64,000 nt of DNA from an uncultured delta proteobacterium (GCA_963782055.1 CAWAIF010000002.1:448001-512000), one strand, 5' to 3'; numbered from the stretch's first letter, positions 47,008-58,194 are shown. Translations and numbers: made by a program. Notes: generated from the sequence alone by a model not told the origin.

Positions 47008-47511
47008 CTACTTCTTCTTGAACTTCCGCTTCAGCGCCTTGCACACCGCCGGCGGCGCGTAGCGGCTCACGTCGCCGCCGTGGCTGGCGATCTCGCGCAC
47101 CAGCGACGCCGAGAGGAAGCCGTGCTTGGTGCGCGTGGGCAGGAAGATGGTGTCCACCTCGGGGTGCAGGTCGGCGTTGGCGTGGGCGATCTGCAGCTCG
47201 TACTCGAAGTCTGTCGCGGCGCGCAGGCCGCGCACGATGACGCGCGCGCCGATCTTCCGGCAGAACTCGATGAGCAGGCCGTCGAAGGAGTCGACCGTCA
47301 CGTTGGGGTAGTTCTTGGCGACGCCCGCCACCAGGCGCGTGCGCTCGGCGATGGAGAAGAGCGGATCGCGCGTGGGGTGCACGCCGAGCGCGACGACCAC
47401 GTCGGAGAAGAGCGCCGACGCGCGCTCGATGAGATCGACGTGGCCGAGGGTGATGGGATCGAAGCTGCCGGCGTACACGGCGAGCCGCGCGATGGGCGGG
47501 TGGTTCGTCAC
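47008..47511 (-). CDS. coaD: Phosphopantetheine adenylyltransferase
   Basis: AVYAGSFDPITLGH, RGLRAATDFEYE, SASLVREIA. Confidence 0.96.
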   Translation of the reverse strand: MTNHPPIARLAVYAGSFDPITLGHVDLIERASALFSDVVVALGVHPTRDPLFSIAERTRLVAGVAKNYPNVTVDSFDGLLIEFCRKIGARVIVRGLRAATDFEYELQIAHANADLHPEVDTIFLPTRTKHGFLSASLVREIASHGGDVSRYAPPAVCKALKRKFKKK

Positions 47512-48893
47512 GGGCGCACTCCGCGGGTGCCCTGGGCCTTCGGGTCGGGCAGCACGCTCGGGTCCGGCAGCATGGGCGGCGGCGCGGGCGCCGGCGGGGT
47601 CCCCATGGTCATCGTCGGATCGGGCTCCAGCCAGACGTACTTGCCGCCATCGGCGAAGGTGACGCGGAAGGCCTCCAGCAGGCCGGCGCCGAAGATGCCG
47701 CCCGGGTGGACGTCCATCGCCGGAAGGTGGCTGCGCAGGGAGGTGAAGGAGAAGGCGGGCACGCCGGGGAAGCTCATCCCCCCGATGCCGAGGGAGGGCA
47801 GGCGTCCCGCCTTGGCGTTGGGGATCTGCGCTGTCGCCACCAGCGTCTTGGGGTCGACGCCCGCCTTCAGCCAGAGGCTCTGGTCGACGGCGACGGAGTA
47901 AGGCTGCGCGCTGTCGACGAAGAAGGTGGAGGTGCCGTCCTCCCGCGGGGAGACCTGCGCGCGCAGGAGCATGCCGCCGCCGCGCACGTAGTAGAGGGGG
48001 ACGCGGCTGGCGTCGGGCGGGGGAGGCGGCTCGCTCTGACGCACCACGAACTGCGCGCCGCGGCGATCGAAGGTGGCGTGCAGGTGGCGCAGCAGGTTGA
48101 CGCCGAGCAGCGCCTTGATGGGCGCGCCGATCTGCCGCGAGACTCCGGAGAGGTCCTTCGTGAGCGCGGGGATGTCGTGGACGTCGATGGAGTCGCCGAA
48201 GCGCATCGACACCCAGGTGGGCTCGGTGCGCGACGCGGCGTCGATGACCACCTCCGCGCTGCCGGTGGCCACCATCGTCAGCACCTTCTCGCCCTCAAGC
48301 TCGCAGGGGACGATGAGCGCGGAGCCGGCGGGGGGCATGTCCACCTCCGCCACCACGCCGCCCTCCATCGCGAAGGGGTGGCGGCCGGAGCCCTTGCGCG
48401 CGAGCCGCGCGATGTCGCGAGCCCAGGGGTCCTTGACGTCGGGGTCCTCGAGCATGGCGTCGAGCTCGTCGGCGGCGCCATCGATGTCGTCGGAGTACCA
48501 GTCGGCGCGGCCGCGCAGGCCGTGGGCCTCCGAGCTCGTCGCGCCGGCGGTGAGCTCGAGCGTCGCGGCGAAGTCCAGGTGGGCCAGCGCGATGCGCGCC
48601 CCGAGCGTGCGCACGCCGCGGTCGTGCGGGGCGACGCGCAGCGCCTGGTCCACCGACTCCTTCGCGTCCTCGAAGTCGCCCTGCCGGTAGCTCTCCTGCG
48701 CGCGCCTCAGCCACTTCTCGGCGAGGGGGGGGCGCTGGGGCACGTTGGACGCCGGCCCGCACGCGGCGCCGAGGCCCAGGAGCGCACCCAGAAGGAGCGG
48801 GGCGGAAGCACGACGCATCAAGAATTCGACCCCGAGCCGGAGGCGCGGGCGACGAAGGAGACCGAGCGAGGGCTCAGGCCGAGGGAAGGTCAT
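47508..48893 (-). CDS. TPR lipoprotein with two retropepsin-like (aspartyl protease-like) domains
   Basis: Lipobox GAAC; TPR helix pair; MVATGS...ALLGVNLL and FVDSA...GIFGAGLL; ATGA-coupled start 48893 (alternative 48818). Confidence 0.65.
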   Translation of the reverse strand: MTFPRPEPSLGLLRRPRLRLGVEFLMRRASAPLLLGALLGLGAACGPASNVPQRPPLAEKWLRRAQESYRQGDFEDAKESVDQALRVAPHDRGVRTLGARIALAHLDFAATLELTAGATSSEAHGLRGRADWYSDDIDGAADELDAMLEDPDVKDPWARDIARLARKGSGRHPFAMEGGVVAEVDMPPAGSALIVPCELEGEKVLTMVATGSAEVVIDAASRTEPTWVSMRFGDSIDVHDIPALTKDLSGVSRQIGAPIKALLGVNLLRHLHATFDRRGAQFVVRQSEPPPPPDASRVPLYYVRGGGMLLRAQVSPREDGTSTFFVDSAQPYSVAVDQSLWLKAGVDPKTLVATAQIPNAKAGRLPSLGIGGMSFPGVPAFSFTSLRSHLPAMDVHPGGIFGAGLLEAFRVTFADGGKYVWLEPDPTMTMGTPPAPAPPPMLPDPSVLPDPKAQGTRGVRP

Positions 48894-49732
48894 GAATTCT
48901 CCGGCGTCGCGCCCGGGGCACCTACGCGGAGGATGCGGTCGGCCCGCAGCTCTCTCCGGCCACGACTGGGAAGCTGATAGCCCATCACCCGGGGCGGGTC
49001 GAGCCCGGCGCGCACCTCGGTCAGGACCATGGTCATGGTCTCGGGGGACCGGCGGGACGGGCGGTAGACCAGCTCGACCGGCGCGCCGTACTTCGCGGCC
49101 GCCTCGCACGCCTCCACGATGGCCGCGCGCGCCCGCCGCTCGGCGATCCGCACCTCCCAGAGATCGCGCACGCTCACCGGCGCGAGCACCGCCATGCACC
49201 GCGCGAAGACCTCCCGCAGGGCGCGCACGTCGTCGCCGGCGCGGTGCGCCCGCCCGCGCGGGATCTCCAGGTGCGTGCAGAGGGCGTCGAGGGAGTAGCT
49301 CTGCAGGGCGAAGGAACGCCGCGCGAGGGTGAGGGTGTCCACCCAGTGCTCCACCGCGAAGGTGCGGCCCGCCCGCTTCAGCTCGGCGTTGAGGAAGCGC
49401 GCGTCCCACACCGCGGCGTGGGCGACGAAGACGGCGCCCTCCAGGAGCGTCTCCACCTGCGACGCGATCTCGGCGAAGGGGGGAGCCCCGACGAGCATGG
49501 CGTCGTCGATGCCGTGGACGTGGGAGGCGCCGCCCACCCGTGAGGGCGGCATCACCAGCTGCTCCATCGACGCCTCCAGCCGGTCCCCCACGCGGCGCTC
49601 GACGCACACCTCCACGACGAAGTCGTGCGCGGCGTCCAGGCCTGTCATCTCCAGGTCGACGAAGGCGAGCGGCGCCTCGGCGACGGGCAGGTCCCAGGGC
49701 GGACCCGGCGGCGGGCCTTCCTTCGCGCTCAC
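48890..49732 (-). CDS. DEDDh 3'-5' exonuclease (DnaQ-like) fused to a C-terminal WYL-like domain
   Basis: VDLEMTG, VAHAAVWD, HRAGDD; tail VELVY...VMGYQLPSRGRRELRADRI. Confidence 0.85.
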   Translation of the reverse strand: MSAKEGPPPGPPWDLPVAEAPLAFVDLEMTGLDAAHDFVVEVCVERRVGDRLEASMEQLVMPPSRVGGASHVHGIDDAMLVGAPPFAEIASQVETLLEGAVFVAHAAVWDARFLNAELKRAGRTFAVEHWVDTLTLARRSFALQSYSLDALCTHLEIPRGRAHRAGDDVRALREVFARCMAVLAPVSVRDLWEVRIAERRARAAIVEACEAAAKYGAPVELVYRPSRRSPETMTMVLTEVRAGLDPPRVMGYQLPSRGRRELRADRILRVGAPGATPENS

Positions 49733-50931
49733 CGCTCCACGAGCATGGCGATGCCCTGCCCCACGCCGATGCAGAGCGCCGCCATGCCGCGCTTCGCCTC
49801 GCGCGCCTTCATCGCGTGGAGCAGCGTGCCGAGCACGCGGCACCCGCTCATGCCGATGGGGTGGCCCAGCGCGATGGCGCCGCCCAGCACGTTGACCTTG
49901 CTCGCGTCCAGGCCCAGGCCGCGGATGCACGCGATGGACTGCGCGGCGAAGGCCTCGTTCAGCTCCACCAGGTCCAGGTCCTCCGCCTTCCAGCCGGCCC
50001 GCGCGAGCGCCTTCTTGCCGGCGGGGATGGGCCCCTCCCCCATGAAGTTGGGCTCCACCGCGGCGGTGGCGTACGCGACGACGCGCGCGATGGGCGTGAG
50101 CTTCTCGGCGCGCAGCACCTCCTCGCTCACCACCAGCGCGGCGGCGGCGCCGTCGTTGATGGGAGAGCTGTTGCCCGCGGTGACCGTCCCGCCCTTGCGG
50201 AAGACCGCGGGCAGCTTGGCGAGCGCCTCCATCGTCACGCCGGGGCGCGGCGACTCGTCCTTCTCGAAGAGCACCGGCTCCCCCTTCTTCTGCGGCACGC
50301 GCAGCGGGACGATCTCGGCGTCGAAGGCGCGAAGCTCCAGCGCGGCCGACGCCTTCTTCTGCGAGCCGAGGGCGAAGGTGTCCTGCTCCTCGCGGGTGAT
50401 CTTCCACTTCTCGGCGACGTTCTCCGCCGTCTCTCCCATCGAGTGGAGGGGGAAGCGCTCCTTCATGCGCGGGTTCTCGAAGCGCCAGCCGATGGTGGTG
50501 TCGTAGATGGCGGGGACGGTCCGGCCGAAGGCCTCCTCGCTCTTCTTCATCACGTAGGGCGCGCGCGTCATGCTCTCCACGCCGCCGGCGACGACCACGT
50601 CGGCGTCGCCCGTCTGGATGCGCATCGCCGCGTCGATGACGGCCTCCAGGCCGGAGCCGCACAGGCGGTTCACCGTGACCGCGGGGATCTCGTACGGGAG
50701 GCCGGCGAGCAGGGTGGCCATGCGGGCGACGTTGCGGTTGTCCTCCCCCGCCTGGTTGGTGGAGCCGAAGACGACCTGGTCGAGGCGCGGCTTCAACGCG
50801 GCGTTGCGCTCGAGCAGCGCGTAGAGCACGTGCGCGGCGAGGTCGTCGGTGCGGACGGAGGCGAGGCCGCCGCGGTACTTCCCGATGGGCGTGCGGACGG
50901 CGTCGACGAGGTAGGCGGTGCGAAGAGACAT
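49729..50931 (-). CDS. Thiolase (acetyl-CoA C-acyltransferase, PcaF/PaaJ-like)
   Basis: NQAGEDNRNVARM, NRLCGSG, NEAFA, GHPIG, CIGVGQG. Confidence 0.93.
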   Translation of the reverse strand: MSLRTAYLVDAVRTPIGKYRGGLASVRTDDLAAHVLYALLERNAALKPRLDQVVFGSTNQAGEDNRNVARMATLLAGLPYEIPAVTVNRLCGSGLEAVIDAAMRIQTGDADVVVAGGVESMTRAPYVMKKSEEAFGRTVPAIYDTTIGWRFENPRMKERFPLHSMGETAENVAEKWKITREEQDTFALGSQKKASAALELRAFDAEIVPLRVPQKKGEPVLFEKDESPRPGVTMEALAKLPAVFRKGGTVTAGNSSPINDGAAAALVVSEEVLRAEKLTPIARVVAYATAAVEPNFMGEGPIPAGKKALARAGWKAEDLDLVELNEAFAAQSIACIRGLGLDASKVNVLGGAIALGHPIGMSGCRVLGTLLHAMKAREAKRGMAALCIGVGQGIAMLVER

Positions 50932-51014
50932 GGCCGCGGCACAGTAGCACCGGAGCGCGTGGATCGAAGGGGGCTGTGGACGCGTCGCCCCGGGCGACTA
51001 AGCTAGGGGCTTCG

Positions 51015-52562
51015 ATGGACCTCCCTGCCGGCAGCGTCATCGCCTCGCGCTACCGCATCATCTCGCAGCTCGGGCGGGGAGGGATGGGCGCGGTGTACCT
51101 GGTGGAGCACGTCCACACCGGCGACCAGCTGGCGCTCAAGCTCCTGCACGGCTCCGCCGCCTTCGACCCGGAGTCGGTGGAGCGCTTCAAGCGGGAGGCT
51201 CGGGCCCCGGCGAAGATCCAGAGCGAGAACGTGGTCAAGGTGGTGGACGCCGACACCGCGCCCGAGCTCTCCGGCGCGCCCTTCCTGGTGATGGAGCTGT
51301 TGCGCGGCACCGACATGCAGCGTCTGGTGCACGAGCGCGGGCCGATGCCGCCGGAGGAGGTGCTGCGGCTGCTCGGCCAGCTCGCCCGCGCGCTGGACAA
51401 GGCGCACGTGCTCGGCATCGTCCATCGCGACCTGAAGCCGGAGAACCTCTTCTTGCACCACCGCGAGGACGGCACCTCGGTGGTGAAGATCCTGGACTTC
51501 GGCATCTCCAAGATGGTGGGCGCCGCGGCGACGAGCGGACCGGGCGCGATGACGCAGACGGGCGCGGTCTTCGGCACACCGCTGTACATGGCGCCGGAGC
51601 AGGCGCTCGGGCGGCCGGGCGACGTGGGTCCGCACACCGACGTCTGGGCCGTCGGGCTCATCGCCATCTATCTCTTGACGGGTCAATCGTACTGGGAGGG
51701 CCGCACCATCCCGGACATCCTCGCGAAGGTGCTGGGGTACGCGGTCTACGCGCCGACGAGCCGCTGGCCCTCCCTCCCGCGCGGCATCGACGCGTGGCTG
51801 TTGCGATCCTGCGCGCGCGAGCCGCAGGGCCGCTTCGCCACGGCGGGCGCGCAGGTGGCGGCGCTGGGCGAGGCGCTGCGCGCCCCCTCGTCGACGGCGT
51901 TCGCGCCCACGGTGCTGCCGGTATCGGGCGGGCCGGCGTCGGCGTTCGCGCCGATGCGGCCGAGCGCCCCGCCGTCCTACGTGCCGCCCAGCGCGCCCCA
52001 GGGCTACGCGCCGCAGCACGCGCAGCCCGGGATGCAACCGGTCCCGCCGTCGTACGGCGCGCGTCCGCCCGCCGCGCCCAGGGCCGCCGTGGGCGGCTCC
52101 ACCAACGAGCCGATCGTCCACGCGACGCTGCGCCCGCGCGGGGGCGGCGGCACGTCGGCCTCCACCCTCGTGGTGGTGGCGCTCGGTGTGCTGGTTCTCT
52201 TCGTCGGCAGCGTGGCGGCGACGGTCGCGTACGTGAAGAGCCGTGCGTCGGCGGCGTCGTCCGCGCCGTCGTCCGAGACCCCGCCGCCGCCGGTGTCCAT
52301 CGCGCCGGCCTTCACCGCGCCGGAGCTCGACGCGGGCCTCGCCCCGCTCAGCACCGCCACCGCGGCCGCCACGGCGACCCAGGTCGTGCACTCCGGCGCG
52401 ACGGCGACCGCGCCGAAGCCGACCGCGACGCACACCGCCGCGCCGCCGCCTCCCCCGAGCATTGACCGCGAGCAGTGCAAGCAGGGCTGCCGACGCGGCT
52501 GCGTGGACGCCGACGACCTCATGTCGTGCGTGGTGAAGTGCATCCGGTCGCAGTGCAACTGA
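51015..52562 (+). CDS. Ser/Thr protein kinase with TM and Cys-rich extracellular tail
   Basis: GRGGMGAV, ALK, HRDLKPEN, DFG, GTPLYMAPE. Confidence 0.95.
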   Translation: MDLPAGSVIASRYRIISQLGRGGMGAVYLVEHVHTGDQLALKLLHGSAAFDPESVERFKREARAPAKIQSENVVKVVDADTAPELSGAPFLVMELLRGTDMQRLVHERGPMPPEEVLRLLGQLARALDKAHVLGIVHRDLKPENLFLHHREDGTSVVKILDFGISKMVGAAATSGPGAMTQTGAVFGTPLYMAPEQALGRPGDVGPHTDVWAVGLIAIYLLTGQSYWEGRTIPDILAKVLGYAVYAPTSRWPSLPRGIDAWLLRSCAREPQGRFATAGAQVAALGEALRAPSSTAFAPTVLPVSGGPASAFAPMRPSAPPSYVPPSAPQGYAPQHAQPGMQPVPPSYGARPPAAPRAAVGGSTNEPIVHATLRPRGGGGTSASTLVVVALGVLVLFVGSVAATVAYVKSRASAASSAPSSETPPPPVSIAPAFTAPELDAGLAPLSTATAAATATQVVHSGATATAPKPTATHTAAPPPPPSIDREQCKQGCRRGCVDADDLMSCVVKCIRSQCN

Positions 52563-52579
52563 GAAGCGCGCCGCGACGG

Positions 52580-55500
52580 TCAGGTGGCGTCGCTCAGCCA
52601 CTCCCCGGCCATCGCGAGCGTCCGCGCGTGCTCCGGGACCCGCGAGAGGAAGCTCTCCCGTCGCTCCGGATCGCTGATCCTGGCCGCGCGCTCCTGCAGC
52701 CCATCGCGCGCGGCGCGAATCGCCTCGCGCGCCGCCGCGACGTCGCCCGCGGCGTGCTCCAGCTCCGCGCACACCAGCCGGACGTAGCCTTCGCCTTCCT
52801 CGACGCCGTGCGCGTCCAGCGCCGCCCTCGCCTCGCGCGCCGCCGCGACCGCGGCCTGCATGTCCCCCGCGCGCCTGAGCGCGTCGGCGAGCGCCGCGTG
52901 AGCGTACGCGCGCAGCGCAGGAGTGGCCTCCAGCAGCGACACGGCCTTTCCCGCGTCGTCTCGTGCGCGCGGCGCGTCGCCCCGCTCCAGCGCGATGCGC
53001 GCGGCGTAGGTGAGGCACGCGCCCTCCATGCGCGCGTCGCCCTGCTCGCGCGACATCCGCGCGGCCTCGTCCTCCACCCGCGCACCCTCCTCCGCCGCGC
53101 CCGACCGCGCCAGCGCCCAGCCCAGGTTGTGCAGCGCCGCGGCGCGCACGTTGGACAGGCCCAGGCGCTCGGCCTCGACGAGCGCGGCGCGCAGGGACGC
53201 GGCGGCGTCGTGAAACCGCCCGAGCTCGATCAGCGCGTAGCCGGCGTTCACCCGCTCGAGACACGCGTTGCGTAACCGGCCGGCGCGCTCGAAGGCCGCC
53301 GCGGCGCGGTCCTTGAGCTCCGCGAGCGACCCGACGTCTCCGGCGAAGAGCGCGCGGATGGCGCGCGTCGCCTCCAGGTGGCCCTGGAACGCGTCGTCCT
53401 CGCAGGAGGCGTGCGCCTCCACGCGCTCCAGCAGCGTCGCGGCGAGCTCCGGCCGCGCGAAGAGGTTGTTCTGCGCGAGGCGCGCCCCCGCGGCGAGCAA
53501 GGTGGGGGTGGGCTCCGGTTCGGTCAGCGCCTCGGCCAGACGCTCGCTCCACCCCACGCCGCGCTCCACGTCGCCGGAGCGGAAGCTCAGCACCGCGCTC
53601 CGCGTGACCGCCTCCGCCCAGGCGTCACTCCGCTCGGGGAACAGGGACACAGCCTGCTCGCTCGGCTCCAGCCCGCGCACAATCTCGCCTCGCCAGAAGG
53701 CCGCCTCCGCTTGCAGGAGCCGCAGGCGCGCCAGCAGCTCGCCGTCGGCGCCGCCCCGCGCGCCGCGCTCGGCGCGATCGAACGCCACGCCGAGGGCGTT
53801 GCCCTCCAGCGCCTCCTCGGCGGCGCGCGCCCAGTGGACCGCGGCGCGGGCGCCGTCGCCGCCCTCCTCGAAGTGCTCGGCGAGCGCCACCGCGTCGTCG
53901 GCGCCGGACTTCTCCAGCCACCGGCCGGCGAGGGCATGCCCCAGGCGCCGGTCCTCGTCGGTGAGCATCGCGTAGGCGGCCTCGCGCACCAGCGCCTGCC
54001 GGAAGGCGTACTCCGTCTCGCCGCGCACGCTCGACTCGCCCCGCCCGGCGACCCACTCGCCCCGCTCCAGCACGTCCAGCAGGACGCCGACGTGCGTGGT
54101 GCGCGCGGCGCCGCCGAGGAGGGAGGTGACCGCCCCCGCCCAGAAGGTCCGGCCGAAGACGCTCGCCGCGCGGAGGACGCGCCGCGCCTCGGGGTCGAGC
54201 GCCGCGAGGCGCGCCTCCACCATGCCGAGCACCGTCTCCGGGACATCGGCGCGCCCCTCCGCCGCCGCGCGCATCAGCTCCTCCAGGGAGAAGGCATTGC
54301 CCTCCGCCTGCTCGGCGATGCGCGTCACCAGGGCGGCGTCGGCGTCCGCGCCCAGCACCGCGCGCACCAGCTTCTCCGACTGCCGCCGCGAGAGGTTGCG
54401 CAGCCGCACCACGAGCGGGCTGCGCGCCGCCCATAGCTCGGGGAACAGCTCGTCGATCTCCGGCCGCCCGAACGCCAGCGCCACCAGCGGCTGCTCCCGG
54501 CAGACGCCGAGCGCCAGGTCCACCAGCTCGACCGTGCCGACGTCGGCCCACTGCAGATCGTCGAGCACCAGCAGCAGCGGCGCGGCGGTGGCCTCGGCCT
54601 CGACGAGGTCCACCCACGCGCGCCGGATTCTGATCGCCCATCGTGATGGCGTCCCGGCGCGCCGTCGCGAGCGGGACGTTCTCCGGGAAGGGGGTCCCGA
54701 TCATCTCGCCCAGGAAGTCGGTCGCGCGCGCCGCCGTCTCGCCGTCCAGGTGCCGGGAGACCCGCGCCCGCAGCTTCTCGCGCCGCGCCTCCAGCGACTC
54801 GCCCGCCTGGATGCCCGCCTGCGCGCGCATCATCTGGGAGCACAGGCCGAAGGCGGCGCCGGCGCCCACAGGATCGCCCGCGGCCGACCACACCTGCACG
54901 TCGCCGCGCGCGCGCACGCGCCCCACGAGCTCGTGTGCGAGGCGCGTCTTCCCGACGCCGGGGGCCGCGGTGACGATGACCGCGCTCGCGGTGTCCTCGT
55001 CCGACGCGCGCGCGAGCGCGCTCTCCAGGAGCGCGAGGTCCGCCTCCCGGCCGACGCACGGCGTGGGCTTGCCCAGGAGGGTGCGCACCGCGTCGCGCCG
55101 CTCGCGAGCGCCGGCGAGCACGAGACCGGCGGCGTCGCCCTCCACCTCGAAGCGCGCGTCGAGCAGGCCGGCGGTCACGTGGTCCATGCGCAGGCCGCGA
55201 AGGGGACGCGGCGCGCGCAGCAGGCGGGCCGCGCGATCCAGCGCCTCCCCCACCGGCCGCGCGCCCGCGCCGGTGGCCACGGTGCGTCCGGTGGCGAGCG
55301 CCAGCGTCCCCTCCGGCGCCGCCGCCGCGAGCGCCAGCGCGCACGCCGCGGTGCGCCGCGCCTGATCGGTCGGCGCGCCGTCGCCCTCCAGCAGCACGAC
55401 GACCGAGCCGTCGGCGAGCGCCTCCACCCTGCCGCCGTGCTCCTCGGCGATGCGCCGGTACGGCTCGACCGACCCCTGCAACGCCGCGCGCGCCTCCGAC

Positions 55501-56435
55501 GCCGACATGCTGTCCCCCGCCACCGTCGCGGCCACGTCCCGGCCGTGCTCGATGAGCACGACCGACGCCAGGCGCCGCTCGCTGCGTCCCAGCGCCGGCG
55601 GCCTGCGGCTCAGCGACGCACGCGTCCCGACCTCGGTCAGCTCCAGGCCCAGGAGCTCGCGCGCCACCTCGAGGCCGTTGGCGGGGCGCGCCTCCGGATC
55701 CTTGGCGAGCATGCGCGCGACGAGCGCCTCCACGTCGGACGGCACCGCTGCCAGCTCGCCGAGGGGCGGCGCCTCCTCCAGCAGCACCTTCGCCAGCACC
55801 GCGGCGATGCTCTCCCCCCAGAACGCCGGGTGCCCGGCGATGCACTCGAAGAGCACGCCGCCCAGGGCGAAGACGTCGGCGCGCGCGTCCAGCCGCCGCT
55901 CGCCGCGCGCCTGCTCGGGGGCCATGTACACGGGCGTCCCGATCACCTGACCCACCGCGGTGAGCGACGAGCGCACCGCCCCGCGGGCGATGCCGAAGTC
56001 GAGCAGCTTGACCCGCGCCGGCTCGCCGCCCACCAGCCACAGGTTGGCCGGCTTCACGTCGCGGTGGATCACCCCGCGCAGGTGGGCCGCGCCGAGCGCC
56101 TCGGCGGTGGCGCGCACCACCATCACGCTCTCCTGCACGGTGAGTCCCTGGCGCTCCAGCCGCTGCTCCAGGTCCTCGCCCTCCAGCCACTCCATCGCGA
56201 TCCACGACGGGCCGTGCGCGACGTAGCGGACGATCCCCGGGTGCGCGATCTCCGCCAGCAGGGACGCCTCCCGCTCCAGCCGCCGCGCGCCGTCCGCGCT
56301 CAGGCCGTGCATGACCTTCAGCGCCACCCGCTCGCCGGTCTGCCGGTCGTGCGCGCGGTAGACCGCCCCCATGCCGCCCGCGCCGGCCTCCGCCTCGATC
56401 TCGAAGCGGTCGAAGGCGATCTCCCCGGGGCGCAT
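52580..56435 (-). CDS. Ser/Thr kinase-degenerate cyclase-AAA ATPase-TPR protein, frameshifted at ~54628
   Basis: HRDVKPAN/DFG; VGRE, APGVGKT in one frame; LVLDDLQWAD, EGN.F.LEE, F...LVREAAY in the next; removing one A in CAGAATC restores QIRRAWVDL. Confidence 0.85.
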
Positions 56436-56446
56436 GGCCCCCCAGC

Positions 56447-57322
56447 CTACTTCCCGAGGAGCCTGCGCGCCTCCTCCGCGTGCAGGCCCGTCGGGTACGC
56501 CGTCTCGTAGGCCTCGACGCCGATGCACGCGTCGCGCGTGCGCTTCTGCCGGCAGTCTTCGGCGCCCGCCTTCTGCCAGGAGTTCTCGTCCTTGCGCAGG
56601 CGCTCCAGCCCGGGCACCGCCTGCGTGAGCACGCGTGTCGCCTCGGAGGTGTGCGAGCCGTGCGGGTGCTTCTCCAGGTAGCCGCGCACGCCGTCGCACG
56701 CGTCGAGCGTCGCCGGCACCTTGCACACGACGGTGTCCACCGCGAACCAGTCGCGATCGTCCTGCGAGTCGGAGGCCGGGCCGGAGGGCCTCCCCGCGCC
56801 CTGCGCCGGCGCGGCCGCGCCCTTGAGCTCGCGGGCGTAGCGCGCGACGCGTGCGGAGTGGGCGAAGTCGCTCACCAGCGTGCCCACCGCGTCGTCGTCC
56901 GGCGCGTCACCCGGGTAGCCGCGGTAGTCGACGAGGAACTGGCCGAGCACGCGCGCGCCCGCCGTCACGTCCAGGCGCACGGTGTACTTCCGGCGTCGCT
57001 GGCCGTTCTTCACCACCTGCCAGACGGAGTCGTCGGCGCCGACCGACACGTGCGGGACGAGCTCCACATCGTGCGCGGCGGACTGCTGGGTGACCACGGT
57101 GAAGCCGCTCTGGACGAGGGCGTTCTGCAGCGCGCTGCCGACATCGACCTCGCCGCCTCCCGGGGAGACGTACAGGGCGAGCTGCATCACCTCGGCCGGG
57201 GGCGGCCTGGAGTTCGCCGCGCTCCGGGCGCCAGCCTCTTCTCCGCCGCACCCGGCGGCGAGCGGGGCGAGGGCCAGCACGAGCGCGCAGAGACCTGCGA
57301 GAAGAGGGTTTCGGGCGTGCAT
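56447..57322 (-). CDS. Hypothetical lipoprotein
   Basis: Lipobox AAGC; two Y....P.G.H..EA repeats; TGATG coupling with the upstream gene. Confidence 0.7.
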   Translation of the reverse strand: MHARNPLLAGLCALVLALAPLAAGCGGEEAGARSAANSRPPPAEVMQLALYVSPGGGEVDVGSALQNALVQSGFTVVTQQSAAHDVELVPHVSVGADDSVWQVVKNGQRRRKYTVRLDVTAGARVLGQFLVDYRGYPGDAPDDDAVGTLVSDFAHSARVARYARELKGAAAPAQGAGRPSGPASDSQDDRDWFAVDTVVCKVPATLDACDGVRGYLEKHPHGSHTSEATRVLTQAVPGLERLRKDENSWQKAGAEDCRQKRTRDACIGVEAYETAYPTGLHAEEARRLLGK

Positions 57323-58194
57323 CAGGGCTTGGGGACGGGGCTTCCATCCTTCCATACGTAGAAACCCTCGCCCGTCTTCTTTCCCAGCTTGCCCGCCCTC
57401 ACCATTTTTCGCAGCAAGGGCGGCGGCCGGAACTGATCGCCCACCTCCCGGAAGAGGTGCTCCAGGATGGAGAGGCGCACGTCCAGCCCGACGAGGTCGG
57501 TCAGCTTGAGCGGGCCCATCGGGTGGCGGTAGCCGAGCTCCATCGCGCGGTCGATGTCGGCCGCGCTGGCGACGCCGGTCTCCAGCATGCGGATCGCCTC
57601 CGCGCCCAGGATGACGCCGAGCCGGCTGGAGGCGAAGCCCGGCGTGTCCTGCACCACGATGGGCGTCTTCTTGAGCTGCGAGGCGAAATCGGTCGCGCGC
57701 CGGAGCGTCTCGTCGCTCGTGCCCAGGCCGCGCACGACCTCCAGCAGCTCCATCACGGGCGCGGGGTTGAAGAAGTGCAGGCCCACCGTGCGCTCCGCCG
57801 CGCCGATGCGCGCGCCCAGCTCGGTGATGCTGAGGGAGGAGGTGTTGCTGGCGAGGAGCGCGCTGCGCGGCGCGGCGTCCACGACCTCCTTGAAGAGCGA
57901 GACCTTGAGCGCCATGTCCTCCGGCACCGCCTCGACGACGATGTCGGCGCCGTGGCAGGCGTCGTACACGCTGTCCACCGCCGAGAGGCGCGCGAGCGTC
58001 TCCTTGCGCTCCTCGTCGCTGATGCGCGCCTTGACCACCAGCTTCTCCAGCTGCGCGCCGATGCCAGCCATCGCCGCCTCGCGCCGCGCGGCGTCGACGT
58101 CGAACATGCGCGTCCGTAGCCCGCGTGTCGCCGCGAGCTGCGCGATTCCCTGACCCATCGTGCCGGTGCCGAGCACCGCGACCGTCGCGTCCAT
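57322..58194 (-). CDS. 3-hydroxyacyl-CoA (3-hydroxybutyryl-CoA) dehydrogenase
   Basis: GTGTMGQGIA, EAVPE, SNTSS, HFFNP, PMGPL.L.D.VGLD. Confidence 0.93.
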   Translation of the reverse strand: MDATVAVLGTGTMGQGIAQLAATRGLRTRMFDVDAARREAAMAGIGAQLEKLVVKARISDEERKETLARLSAVDSVYDACHGADIVVEAVPEDMALKVSLFKEVVDAAPRSALLASNTSSLSITELGARIGAAERTVGLHFFNPAPVMELLEVVRGLGTSDETLRRATDFASQLKKTPIVVQDTPGFASSRLGVILGAEAIRMLETGVASAADIDRAMELGYRHPMGPLKLTDLVGLDVRLSILEHLFREVGDQFRPPPLLRKMVRAGKLGKKTGEGFYVWKDGSPVPKP

